A DNA stretch of 64,000 bases. It comes from Azolla caroliniana. Lineage: Eukaryota; Plantae; Polypodiophyta. Of this stretch, positions 23,103-36,790 are shown one piece after another. Every line of letters starts with the position of its first letter. Position 1 is the first letter of the stretch. Below the pieces are notes generated by a model. It worked only from the letters and a program-made list of their open reading frames with translations, made no database searches and was not told the DNA's origin. The stretch covers positions 6,758,001 to 6,822,000 of the forward strand of contig JBHGNT010000018.1 of assembly GCA_043228905.1 (NCBI GenBank). Direction: 5' to 3'. The translations under genes and the position numbers were made by a program.

Positions 23103-23970
23103 CAAGTGGAGATGGTGGCAGAGTCGAGAATGACAGAGTCAACCAGAAAAACAAGGCCAAGAACTGGACATGGTCTGATGTGGTAAAAGGCCTGAAGATC
23201 GAGGACGAATTGGAGACAGCCAATTCAGACAAGAGATGGAATGAATCAGAGGCACCCAATTCAGAAGAGGTGTTTGATTCGAATAAGCCGGATCAACTGA
23301 AGCCCAAACGGACAAGGAGGCAGCATAAGTCAACATCGACACGGAGGAACCGACGGGTCGAGAAGCGCCGGAGTCCCAACAGCGAAGGAGCTGAGATGGG
23401 CCTTATGAGCAGACAAGCCGACCGAGAAGGTCGAGGTGTGCGGGACCGGACGGGTCGAGGAGCGCGAGCAAGGTGAGAAGACGCTAGAAGAAACCAACTA
23501 CAAGGCTCGGCAGACACTAAAAGAGTGATTCGACCTCAAGTTGAGCTTGAGAGGGAGTGTAGCGGACAAGCTCAACCCGATCCAGATCAGCTAAATAACT
23601 AGAGCCGGATCGGTATCCGGAACGGAGAATCGGATAGGTATCCGCAACCATGAGCCGAATCGGATTGTAACCGGTAGGCCATTAAAGGTCTATGGATCTA
23701 GCCTAGTACGTAGGCATATTCCTTGGAGTTAGTGTCAGTCGCTCGTATGAGCATTGAGGTACATGTCAGTCCTTTAAGCACTTGTATAAAAAGTGTTCTG
23801 TAGGAAATTTGTAGGTAGAAAGTGTTATTTTTTGAATTAAGTTTATGTTGTTCTGCTCTCTCGCTCTCTCTCTCCCATGTATTCAAGTTTTCCATTAAAC
23901 CTCCACTTTGTGTTCTGTTGGTATTCGGGCTAGCCGGTTTTGTCTTAGCTTTAGCACAATATCTTTTACA
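23103..23970 (+). mobile_element. Copia 3' region with PPT and 3' LTR (23558-23970)
   Basis: AGCTTGAGAGGGAG is followed by TGTAGCGG...TTTTACA; the LTR interior resembles the copia LTR at 4727-5153. Confidence 0.7.
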
Positions 23971-24090
23971 GGAACCAAATGGGTCGAGGAGCATTGAACC
24001 AGAGGGGACGTGGGAGGAGGGACCAGACCAGACGAGGATCGCGAGCAAGGCGTGAAGGCGCCAGGAGAAACTGGAGGTTGGAACCGTTGA

Positions 24091-24534
24091 TGTTGACACA
24101 ATGAACATGGGTCAATCGTCTTAATAAGCCGAAAGTCGGATCGGACATTGGTCGATCGGCCAGGTCCGAATTAGTTGAATAAGCCGTAAGACGAATCGGA
24201 TGGTCAAGTTGGGTGGAATCCAACATGCCGTTAGGGAGCCTATATGCCTAGTTTTAGTAAATAGGCCTATTATAGGCTAATTAGTGTTAGACTCACTTAA
24301 TGAGCGTTAAAGTATGTGTCAGTACTTTTGTTGGTGCTTTTGAGAACTTTTATAAAAAGTGCTCTATGAGCACATTTGTATGTATTGAGTCATTTTTCTT
24401 GTAATAGAATTTGGTTTGTCTACTCACTCAATCTCTCTCTCTCTCTCTCACCCCATATACTTTATTCTTTGTTGTTGTCTGGCTAAGTCAGTTGTGTCTA
24501 TTGTTCATAAGCTTCCGCACGCTATTCCTTTACA
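24091..24534 (+). mobile_element. Copia-family LTR (solo or remnant)
   Basis: TGTTGA...TTTACA termini; shares TATAAAAAGTGCTC and GCTTCCGCAC blocks with the other copia LTRs. Confidence 0.55.
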
Positions 24535-24539
24535 AAAGT

Positions 24540-25140
24540 CTATAGGAATCCTACAACTAAACATTCTATAGTACAACTCCAAAAGATTGATCAAGTCAAG
24601 CATTCTTTTCGTTTGCATCTTGAACAAGATGCACATAAATCAACCACAAATAGCCATCACCTCAACTCTTCCTTAGAGAAACCAAGGTTTCATGTTGGAG
24701 ATTGTATGTGGCTATTAAAATGTAACATGACTAGGTCATGCAACAAGTTAGATTATCAATGCCTTGCACCTTTCGTAATAATCAACCTAAATCAATCATG
24801 TGACATTTTGTTTAGATCTCCCTTCACATACGCATCTCCACCCTATGTCCCACATGCCACTAATGGAAGATTGTGCTTTGAGTCCCGTTCTAGATCAGAT
24901 GGTTTCAGTCATGCAGTCATGCGTCTCACTCAACTAGAATTTGAGGTCAAAGTTGTTTTGAACTCCAAGTTCATGAGTAACAAGTTATACTACCACATAA
25001 ATTCATTATTTGCCAAGTAATTGGACTTGGGAACTTTTGGGGAATCCTGCTCATTCTAATAAAGTAACTTAATAAACCAAGTTCCCATCATGCATTGCAA
25101 CTTGGGAAACTCATGATTGAAGGAGGATGTTGTCATGAGC
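24540..25140 (+). mobile_element. Decayed chromovirus integrase C-terminus/chromodomain remnant
   Basis: FHVGDCMWLL, KLDY..LAPF.I and EFEVKVVLNSK..KLYY; purine tract then TGTCATG near 25130. Confidence 0.55.
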
Positions 25141-28100
25141 ATACTAAATGCATGACTAGGACTATTATATGCATGGAAGATCTCAATGTTGTCAAACCAT
25201 TAAATTCAACACTAGTCTTTTACATAATCTTGTAGCTCTATTTTTTCTTGCCTACAATAAATTTCTTTGTCATTATTTTGTTTTCCATTTCTAATTTGGC
25301 GTAGTTTTTCATTTGGCCCCTTGACAATGCATACAAATTTCCATAACATAACAATGATACAAATGAGTTGCAATATGTCTCTCGTGTGAAAACTTATCAT
25401 AATAGAGGTGAATTTTAACATTCAGATTGTTAACCACATTTGAAGTTTAATTCTATATAGCGAACAACTCAAACGTAATGTCTTTAGGAGACTCATTCTT
25501 AAAAGAAATATCTTTTGTAAAGCCTAAAACCAATTAAAACATGTTAAAGATTAACTTTGAAATAACCAAGAGTAAAATTATTGTTCTTGACAACCAATTA
25601 CAACGATACGCCTAAGGTAATTTGTTTTAGACTTAGTATTGGTTGTATCCTCTTTGAACTGTGATACATTTAGCGACAATGGGAACTTCAAAAATATAGG
25701 TTTAGTGCATCAATAAACATGTGCAAAAAAAAATCTTCTTCTATTTCCTACACCCACATTTTTTAAATTGCCTTTGAAATAGACTTTCTTGTATAAGTAA
25801 ATATATCATGTTAGAAGCTCCAAATGAATATTTATTAAAGAATTGATGAACCCATTTGTAATCAATGAATACCTAGATAAATAGATTGATTGACTTGAAA
25901 GTAATAACTTGGCCAACACAAGAGCCACGATAGTAGTTTCTTGTTTAAGGGACTCTTATACATCCTAGTAAATAACTTAAGGCATTCAAAGTTGAAGATC
26001 ATGCGGTATCCGACACATGGAAATTTGATCCATACGGAGGAGCATAATAGAAGAATATGCTAACAAATATTCTGATGAGCACATAGAAATGTACATATAA
26101 TTCTTACTTTAATCCGACCCACAAAAGAATAAGTATCGTTATCCCCAATCTTCTTAAAATATGAGGCACCCTCTGGTTTTCTCAAACATTGTATCTTCTT
26201 TCGAGGCTTTTATGGATCAATTTGTGAAATGGTTTTTGGAGTATTGTGTAACTCAATGTTTTCTTTAAATGGACTACTTTTGTATTGTATCCCATAACAT
26301 GTGGCATGGACATCACTATGCAACTAATTGTCATGTTGTATGCATGTCATCGCTCTTACAAGGGCATCCCTTTCTAATTTCATGAAAAATAAAAAAGAAA
26401 TAATCTTAATCTAAAATAGAAACTAATAACCAAACAGACTTCAACAAGTATATTATTTTGTGGAGTCAACTTTTGAGACTTAGAAACTCGAAAAAACAAA
26501 ATGCTAGGTGGAAAAGGCAAAAACTTTGTGTAATGTCTCTTCAATTTGGTTAAATTTACTTTTTCACGCCCAATATTATAATGTATTTGTTAGTTGCAAT
26601 TTAATGTGGACATGGTATTGTTTATAAGGGAAACCAAATTTATAGCAAGGCTTTTGTAGATATACATATAGATCTAGGAACTATGTGTTGGTAAATGAGA
26701 ATTAAATGTCTTTATTGGCCCCAACACTTAAGTTTTTGAGGACATAATATTGCAATGTTATAAAAGATCATGTATTTACAAGTATTTTATCTACTTTTCA
26801 TAGATAAAAATATGTTGACCCATGATGAGGTCAGCCAACTCTGTATATGATCGTGGCTGTTTGCAAACAATGGTGGGAGCAACAAGCTTATGTTTCTAAA
26901 CACGATAACACTTTCGCCTACACACAAAGCTCAAACGATGTAGCCAAAGGGCTTGTCATCATGCATTAGATGTTTCTAGTAGACTTTGAGTTTCTTTAAA
27001 CAAGGATAATGCACAAGCCCCCTACTTGAAGTCCATTCGAAGAGTGATAACTAAGTTGGGATTCCAACCATGAACCGCCAACATGTGTGAGGGTTTGGCA
27101 AACATGTTCTAGGATCACTTGTTGTGAGTTAGAGTTGCTAACAAGTATTTCCAATACGATTCTATCATGTCATATCACAATACACTTTGCCCAGCCCTAA
27201 TTACCTTCTACATGAAAACCCATTGTTTGAATATAGTTGCCTCATATATTTTAAAGTCTCTGTTCCTATCTGTGAGGCGGGTGGTTCAATAGAGTGTAAG
27301 AAGGGACATGTTTTTGCGGAAAGATTTTGTTGCTCACATAGCACAAGGCCAAAATAAAAAGTAGCTTTATAAGCTTGCTTGCGTAGCTTGAGAGGGAGAC
27401 CACACTCTCTTCCCTAGAAGGAAAAAGCACCCATTCATTCATTCAACCTTTGATTATCATTCAAATTAAGTCAAAAAGTGAAGGAAAGGAACAAATTAAA
27501 CAAAAAGTAGCCATAAGAAGGTAGGGGGCATATATTTATTACATAATAATAAGGTGTGCATCAAACCAAGCAAATTCCATGTGCCTATTGCTAAGCTATC
27601 AAGAAAAAGGTAGTAAAATGAGCACAAATGTGTCTGTGAAGGATTTATATCATTCTATACTAGAATCGGTTACATTTTGTTAAGACACACATTATACACC
27701 TTTGGAAATCCCGTCTTTCTCACCATTGGAGAGACACCACAGATGTTTGATTAATGGAGCCAAAAGTAGGAATGAGGAGTAATCTAGTACGCTTGAGCAT
27801 TAATCAAAGACTCCTTTCCTTTTTCTTCTTACCTTTTTCTATAAGTCACCTTCTAGACATATATAGAGAATTTCAAAAAGAGCATGAAACCCTCTTTCGT
27901 GACTCTCCTCGATCTTTGTGTACCAGTAAAGAATAATGAGCCTTTAATAGCACGTGTAGAAACTAGGTTATAACTATACACCACAAATATCAAAGAGGTT
28001 GACACCATTACCAACGATTGGCATGCTAACTTTTGTCGCAACAAGGTCTGAATCGCATCAAACTTTAGATACCTCGTAGGCAACACTGATCATCGTAACA

Positions 28101-28724
28101 AATATTTATTTATGTTGCACTAGCAATCCAGTATAAGAGCCAACAACCTCGGCAAATTCTAGTTATCTGTTAGGCCAAAATCTTGCTGATTCATCTATCA
28201 CCGACAAAAAACACATGTTTGGGGAAAACCCAAAAAAAATTGCCAAGTGCTCTCAATTTAACCAATAAAAATATCATGAGGTGATAGCATACAAAAATAA
28301 GCCTTATATCTTTTTTACAAGCCTTTCCATTCTTCTATATTAGTCCATGTTTTTGGAAGAACCCCCCCCCCCCCCCTACACCTTTGGCATGCTCTAGAAG
28401 AACTGTGATGGGAAGCCAAGTAAGCATGACAAGAAGAGAAAAAATAAAAGTCAAGGTAAGAAGGTATATACACATAGGGAGAGGACTCCTTTCGCCGATT
28501 CTTGTGTTGTCAATAACATCCCACTGTGGAGCGTAAGTGGGCACCAAAAAAAAAAAGAATGATGGACCTCCGAGGTTTCAAAATTCTCTAGGTGATCTAG
28601 GGGGGATCTAAGGTTTAGGGTTCCAATGTTATGATGTTATGATGCTAGTGTTTTCAAGAGTAACACTTGATCAAGCCAAGGCTATGAAGGGGGATCTAAG
28701 GTTAAAAGGGGGGTTTTAGTGTTA

Positions 28725-31161
28725 TCATGAGTAAGACTTGATCAAGCCAAGGCTATGAAGAACTTGAGAAGGCATTCCGAAAAGGTTTCCAAGAGAGAAT
28801 TTCGGCCGTGTTTCTTGCGTCTCTAGAGCGGCTGGTACTTCACTGACCTTAAGAATTGTTTGACCTATTTCTCTCCTCACAGATTCAAGCACCTTGGCAT
28901 CTACCGGCCTTCCCGATGCATCTTTGACATAGAAGACGTTGCACGCCTTGCTGTTTCTTGTAGAGACACCGGCTCTTGTGACAGAGAGACCATGTTCTCG
29001 GAATATGCGTGTCACATCAGATAACAGCCCCACTCGGTCATTCGTGCACAACTCAAGTCTCAACCCCTGCATATTGTAGCCAAAATTAAACAAACATTAT
29101 TATGCAAACCCCAATGTGCCGCATCCCATAATAATATATTGCGAATGTGAGCAATACAATTAGCTTTTAGATAGAGACAAATTAGAAATAAGGTGACTAA
29201 TGATAAAACCCCTTTCATCGGGAAGTTTTTGCTACTCATCAAACCCTCTTTCATATCGCCAAGGTTTTCACTTTTACTCCCCCTATCGAAAGTGACAGAA
29301 AACACGAGAGTAACCAGGCAACTTCTTCCAATCAAATTTAGAATAGGATAGTGGAAGGTATCTTCAAGTAATAGCATATTATTTTCCTAGTTCTAAATAA
29401 GATTTCATATGTTCCACCAAAACGACACATTACCTCCTTATGTCTAGGGCATAAATCCAACTAAAAATGAGCATCTCAAGGCCAAATTACAATTATGCAT
29501 GGTCACTATATGAGAAATTTAAATGCATAAGTAGTGCTACCTATGATGGAATGCTATCATATAATAAAAGTGAACCATTCTTCAAACTACGCATTGCAAA
29601 TAATGTTATATTTAAGATGAAAAACGTTACATTTCCCTATACAGTAATGCAGTACCTCAGAAACACGTCGTTCTATCGCAGCTCGTAGACACTGGATAAC
29701 TCTTCTTCTTTCCGCTTGCGAATTGAGAGTGCAACCATCTACGTGACGAATGTAATATTCCTATACAACCATGTCATGCATTAGGCACGATACTTATTTA
29801 AGGAACGAAACAGGCACAAAAAGAGAATATCAATACATGAACACTCACTTGATAAGCTCTCTGTCCATCGTGAGTATCAATGGTGGCATGGAACACAACA
29901 TATTGCATATCAGTCAAGGTGCAAATGGTATCAAACACCAACTTTGGCCTATTTCTACACTCTAAGTGTACCACAGAGTAGCCCTTCTCATCGCAATCTT
30001 GCACCGATATCTTCCCATTATGTTTAAGCTCCCAATCACTGCTCGATTCCTCGTCATCATAATAGTTGCCATTTTCTTTCTCATAGTCTCGATCGGCAAA
30101 CATCATCTGGTGAAGCCTCCTCTCCATATGAGTTATAACACCATTGGTGATAAAGTCGGTCTTTGCACCTTTCGAATCTTTATCTCCTTTCAGAACATTA
30201 CAGAGGGATTCTTTGATCCGGTAGAGTTTGCATTTATCTTCGATACGACCTTTTGTTGCTTCATCCGTGACATGAATAAGGCAAGCCACTCTCATGTTAT
30301 GTGTCCATAGCTCAGCCGCAACAACATTACATCTCATTTGAGCCAAAAGAGCTGAGATTTCTGACATTAAACCAGGTCGATCAGTTCCTGTTAGCTCTAT
30401 AGTTGTATGGGAGACTTGTTCTCCTTCTTCGTCTTCTTTTTTATGGATAACTCCCACTCTTCTTCTCGGATTCTCATGACTAGTGCTTATACACTGTACC
30501 ATGAGAGAATTGTTTTTCACTTCAGATATATCAATATAGAAATGCATTACAACTATTTTAAAATAGCATAACAAATACAATTGAGTTACAATTGCTACAA
30601 AAAAATACACTAAAATAACACGATATATGGCATTTATAACAAAACTCCTTCATCCTTCAACAAAGATCTTGATCATTAAATTCCAATTCCTATAATATTT
30701 CACTAAAAAAAATGGCTTTACACTGGAAATCCCTTGATTACGAGATCCCTAACTACGGATTTACCACAAGAAACAACGATTTCAAGTATCCCATTCCCAG
30801 ATTATCTAAGTTGACTGTGTTTTTATATGTATTTTATGGTCATAGAATATTGTGCTTACTTAATGCTTTAAGATGACTTTTTCATATTTATGAAAAGAAA
30901 TGATTCAGCAATCTTCAGAAGGTGTGGTTATAAGTCATGACGGACTATACCTTCTCGATTAAACCAATGGTTTCTTCATCAGTGACTTTCTTCCCAAATG
31001 CATCGGTGACATGGAAAACTGCATTGGACAGAAAAATGTTTAAAAAAGCTAAAATTATGTTAGATACAGCTGAAAAGACAGAAAAGGAAGAAGATGAATG
31101 ATGAAAAAAGGAAAGAAGGAGAAGATGATAAGGAAAGAAAGAACAAAAGAGATGAAAAAGA

Positions 31162-31222
<61 letters not shown>

Positions 31223-32039
31223 GTGTGTGTGTGTGTGTGATTTTAATCACCATCCATGAACCATCCTCCATCTGACGAAATGAAAGCTTTCTGTATCCTA
31301 AGATCTAGGTCCGTCAAGATCTGGACAACTTCGAGCAAAATGCCATGTCGGTTTGAGCTATCCACCTTGAAGAAAACCACCACAAACAGATAGAAAAATA
31401 ACACAAGGAGATTAATGAAAGAAGTAATAACAAGGAAAGAAGAAGGAAGAGTGGATGGAAGAAGATTGAGATGTAAATTAGATTGGGATTATTACCTTGA
31501 ATAGAGTAGCCGTTTCACTTGATTCATTATCGACAATGATTCTGCATGAAATTAGGAGAACCAAAAGAAGAGATAGATCAGGAAACTCATGAAGGAAATG
31601 AGTCCATATATCTGTATACACATATATACATTTGCTGTGCAACCACAAAAATTACACCTTGAATGCAGCATTATGTCTCTAATTCTACTTTTAATTAGAG
31701 GGGTTTTCTGTACCTAGGGTGTAATAAGATATACATTCTCTGTGTGCGATTAAGGATTTTCCATGTGCCTAATCAAGGCACTTTCTGTCTAAGTCATTAA
31801 CGCATTATACTTGTTCCAAGTCAAGCATGGTTTTGCTTTGAAACCCCATCTTTAATTCTTAACCCCACGTCAATCTCACGCGATATGTTGAAAGTCACTT
31901 CCGTAAACAGAAATAAAGGAAAGCTTGCAAAATGAAAGCAGAATAGCGAAGACAGAAATCTTCAATATAGATATATATATATATACATATAGATGTTAAT
32001 ATATAGTTAGAGACAGAGAGAAAGATACAGACACACATG

Positions 32040-32079
<40 letters not shown>

Positions 32080-32149
32080 CAAACCTTGGTGGATTCATGC
32101 GCCATACGAACTTCTGGTACTCGTCAAAACCAGCCTGAGAAGACTCCAT
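28725..32149 (-). CDS. ACR: ACT domain repeat (ACR) protein, 461 aa; exons 32149-32085, 31541-31496, 31365-31251, 31018-30951, 30493-29849, 29760-29656, 29066-28725
   Basis: [105 protein letters not shown] and [21 protein letters not shown] motifs. All introns are GT-AG; the exons sum to 1386 nt in frame. Confidence 0.95.
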
Positions 32150-32589
32150 AGCTATGCAAGACAGGGAGGGAAAGAGAAGGAGAAAAGCAGCAAGAACGGA
32201 AAGATTTATGAATGAATGCAGGAAGAGGAGGAGGAGGAGAGAATGCAGAGGAAATGGTTCGACAGAGGAATGCAAAGGTTGGAAATTTGAATGAAGAAAT
32301 GCAGGAAGAGATGGAATGAAGAAGGGGGAAACAATGCAGGGAAGGAATGGGATTAAATGAACGAAGAAATGAATAAATGCAGAAGACGAAGAAGAAGAAG
32401 AAGAAGAAGAAGACGCAGCAAAAAATCGAAGCGAATCGAATTGAAAAAAAATAAAAAAACATATCAAAAAATCGTTTTCTTTGCTATTTTTTTATATCTC
32501 CCTTTTCTTTTTAAAATCCTTTTCTTACTTTCAATTCTCAATCAAAAAAAAAACAAAAATTAAAAATAAAACATTAAAAAAAAAAAGGA

Positions 32590-32790
32590 GCGCGCCGCCA
32601 GAGTATCCACGCGCTCGCCGCGTGTCCCGGTCCTACGTGGCAAGCACGCGCCAGCTTCCTACGTGGCGCGGTGCAGGTTCCACGTCGGCATGCCAGCGTG
32701 GCAGGGAGCTCGCCACGTCACGTCCGTCAGCGCGTGGCTGCCCACCAACCGACAGACGTGAATGCTTGTCTTCCCCGAAGAGACCGCCCC
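32590..32790 (-). promoter_or_regulatory. CpG-rich promoter island with clustered ABRE/G-box-like elements upstream of ACR
   Basis: ACGTGGC at 32635 and 32661; GCCACGT at 32712; CGCGTGTC and CGCGTGGC; a GC- and CpG-rich patch in AT-rich surroundings, about 450 bp upstream of the ATG. Confidence 0.65.
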
Positions 32791-32835
32791 CCCCAAACAT
32801 TTGTTTATACAAATTACAATTACATATGTATTTTT

Positions 32836-33007
32836 GTATGTATGTATGTATGTATGTATGTATGTATGTATGATGTATGTATGTATGTATGTATGTATGT
32901 ATGTATGTATGTATGTATGTATGTATGTATGATGTATGTATGTATGTATGTATGTGTATGTGTGTGTGTGTGTATATATGTATGTATGTATGTGTGTGTA
33001 TGTGTGT
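32836..33007. repeat. (TATG)n/(TG)n microsatellite
   Basis: Direct reading. Confidence 0.95.
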
Positions 33008-33113
33008 CTTGATTTGTAATACTTCCCTCCCTGGAATGCCACAACCTCTAGTTAACTTCAAAAGATCTCGCGTCACACACCATGCACACTCACCAAGCTA
33101 ATGCATACTAGTT

Positions 33114-33115
<2 letters not shown>

Positions 33116-33151
<36 letters not shown>
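33116..33151. repeat. (AG)n microsatellite
   Basis: Direct reading. Confidence 0.95.
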
Positions 33152-33153
<2 letters not shown>

Positions 33154-36029
33154 TCTGTTGGTAAGGTTGCGCAATGGAGACTAGGAGTGGCATGGGTTCA
33201 ACCCTTACATTCCACAATGGCATCTAGTGAATTAAGAGATATGTATGAAGTAATAGAGAGGTGAGAAATTTGGGTTTCGAATGGTGCTTGGAGTATAATA
33301 ACTTACTGCAGAGGTAAGCTAACAACGATAAAAGAGAGAGAGAGAGAGAGAGAGAGAATTCTATAAGGTCACATATCATCATATTTGCCATTTGAATTGG
33401 TGTGTAAGGTGGCATTGAGTTTGTAGTCGTCGTCATAGTATTTAGCTCACTAGATAGAAGGGTTCTATACTTACTAGTAAGCTAGTCATGTTGGTGTTTT
33501 TTTATTTCGTAATGAAAGCCATTATTTACGAGAGAGAGAGTGGAAGCTTTCGGACAAATAAATCTTTGGAAATAATGAAGAAGTAAACGGTGTGTGTCTG
33601 TGTGCGTGCCCTCTCGCCTGTTCACACACGTCGATTGAATTTCTTTCAACACTGCCAGCTGGAAACATGTTGGTATTAAGGGTGGGTTAAAACGTCTCAC
33701 TTCATATACATACATCCATGATACATATATAAGTTTTTTACCCCAATGCCTAGATTTTTGTAACCTTTACTCACAATTCCTTGTTGTGGTATGCATGACA
33801 AAAAGGCACTCCCCAACCCCCCCCCTAGGCTCATTAGTGAAAACAACAATTCCCAAGCAGTAAGAAAGAAGGAATGAACTTGGTCCTTTTTCTAAACATC
33901 AATCGAACAATGGTTTTGGAGAGTTTTCAGAATTTAAAACACGATTCTTTTGAAAAGACGTGGTGGGACATGGTGTACGTGGCTCTCGATTAGAGAGAGG
34001 ATGTGTGTGTGTGTGTTAATATTAAGTTATTCAAACGTAGTGGGGCACGGCTCTTATGGCCCTCAAAAGGCAACAAACACAAAGTTTGTCAAAACCTTAA
34101 CATAAAGCTATTCAAATATAGAGAATGTGTATTGAATGGCACTCCAAGAGAGAGAAAGCAATTAGAAATGAGTACATTGGAGTTGGCCATGTGTGTGTTC
34201 ATTATAGCATTGGAGACAAAACCACTCATTCTAGGGATGGATATTGGCACATCATGGGTGCATGAAGGGGGCATCCATGTATTTTTTTTGCAAGAATCTA
34301 CTTAAGTACATCACCCAAGCAAAGGCAACACCTTGTTTTAATCTATCTATTGGCATAATTATGATTTTGTTGATATAGGTGCAAAGATGGACATGGATCT
34401 TTTATAAGTGTATGGCGTCAATGCACATGAAATTCTCCGAGTTAGATAGTATCAATTGATAAGATATTATCATTATCGGCGACCTCATAGCTTTAAAACT
34501 TGCATTTTATTCATGAATAAGAAAGAACAAAGTTGCTAAAGTGTTAAGATGGGTAACTTGCTCGAAAACCCTAACGTTTTAACCATTTTTTAACTATATC
34601 CTGAATGTTCCATTTTTGGTGCTCCTAGGCACCTCTTTGACCTAGGGCAAACAAAAAATACTCACACCTTCTCGTATAACATGAACATCAAGCCTCATGT
34701 ATCACAACTTGTACGATATCAGACCATCAATTCAACCAATAGTGGGGTTATAGGATTGGTTTGTGGCTTAGCAAATCCTACAAAGTCCACCAACTGGGTT
34801 GTGATATCTTGCCTCCCGATTACTTCTAATGTTCTAAAAATTGGCCATGCATCGAGATGTGAACCACCATACACACAAGTTTTTAGCCAAACCTTAAACA
34901 TAGTTGTGTATGTTCATAACATCATCATATGTTGAAATGTCCTCAAATGTTAGATCTCTTGACTGTCTTTATTTTATGACGATACAATCTCATTATTAAC
35001 AAAATCCTTGGTTGTATTATTTTAGATTTTAGGGTGTCATTGATCCTCAAAATTTTCCAAAATTCACCAGTTTGTTTATAACTTGAAAGTTGTTTGGAAT
35101 AAATGATATGAGTAGTATGTGTTTGAACCTAATATTTTCATGTTTTCACTTTGATTTTTGACTTGTTTTCCAATGAATAAGTATCACATACATGTGGCCT
35201 ACCTGTGCCAAACTTGCATAGATTTCCTTATGCAAACAAATGCCTTTGGTTTTCACATCAACTTCATTTGCCAAGGCAATAATGTTTTGCTCAAATTAGG
35301 CTTCATACTTCCACATTGATATATTGCTACATCAATTCTTGCGTCTTTAGGAAATTATGGGTAGACAAATTTGGATAGATTTGGGTTAACGAAACTATTG
35401 CTTGATTTCTTTGAATACAGAACCTTATTTAATATTGAAAGTCACCATGGAAGGAAACTTTTGAAGGATTGAGAGAGCAACATCCCATGTCTCCTGGTGC
35501 AAAAGGAAAATGCCAATGTATGGAAAGATGTAGTATATGAAGAAATGGTTTGAAAGATAGGATGTATTGCAACTTTCTTCATGGTGCTTGCCGGGCTACA
35601 AGCACCGGGCTACCTTTCATGTCTATTCAATGAGAACCTTTTGCAACTTTGATGTACTAGGTCCTGGCAAAGGCATCATGGATCCCAAGGTCGATATTAA
35701 GGCACGTGTTTTCTACTAAACAACAACATTATCATCTTCTTTGAATGTGTAAATAACACATCACCCACATATGCTATAGAGGCCACTCACTTGTTTGTCA
35801 TCCACACCATGCTTCCCGACAACTTAGCTCATGTTCTCTTCGATATAAGATGGTGTATTGAGATGTTGGTGAGGAGATTCATTAACTATGCATGTCTTTC
35901 CATGAAAATGTTTGTGAGTTTGAGTATCACATACTATTGGAATGCGTCACCTTTTATCATGTTCAAGTTTTCTTTCCCTTCATTTCCATCCTTGGTGTAT
36001 ATACTAGCTACTAATTGTTACTAATTGAC

Positions 36030-36790
36030 CACACGTTGCATAAGTACATACCGGCATTAATGCAAGAAAATTTAGATCCAATATGAAGTATCTATTTCAT
36101 ATTGGTCCATACTGCTCCAGAGAGAATACCAATAGTTGAGAGGGAAAATCCTAAACTTATTTTATGATAAGCCCATTGATCTAGTTGATTACCAAGTAGA
36201 CACTTACGCAAATTAGGGGATAACAAATAGAAAAAAGGCTTTTGCACATCAATTTCTCTTTGATCAGAAAAAAAATAGTTGTATTCTGACACATAGACAT
36301 ACGTTTCCTGATTGAACCCACGATTAGATCCATAAACTAGTTACTAAACTACCGGTTATCTCTATAATGCAAGGAAATTCATTGCTTTCCTAGTGTCTCT
36401 ACTATTTTGTTCCATGTTAAAAATAATAATTCTAAACAAACTTCTTAGAGTTAATATGCCGCTCCTCAGTGTTCCTTATGTAGGTGCACAACGACCAAAA
36501 TAGATTCTTGTAGCATGGTACTCAACCGCCCCCCCCCACACACACTAGACAATAAGTCTAAGCCACATTAACCAACTACCAAAACACAACCACATTTTCT
36601 ATTCAAAGCTAGGAACTAAGACAATGTTAAAGAACTTTTCATTTAAGGAAATAGCTACAATCAAATGACTTAATAATTTGGATCATATATATATATATAT
36701 ATTTATAATGTCGGACTGAACATTCCAACAACTAATAATAATTAACTAGTAATAATCTTTACATTGTGCACATGCTGACAAAAGCATTCT
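36030..36790 (-). pseudogene. ccsA: Decayed organellar insertion (NUPT) of plastid ccsA; boundaries approximate
   Basis: [28 protein letters not shown] matches the CcsA segment [23 protein letters not shown]. The flanks are AT-rich and frameshifted. Confidence 0.7.

Noticed and set aside
25140-28590. Possible gene in the AT-rich interval downstream of ACR
   Set aside because: Only short motif-less ORFs, and no consistent exon chain was found.
28610-28625. Telomere-like GGTTTAGGG
   Set aside because: A single unit, not an array.
32633-33101. ORFs rich in HTYI/MYVC (also the ER/SL and HT/CV ORFs at 59.4-59.9 kb and 63.5 kb)
   Set aside because: They are translation artefacts of microsatellites.
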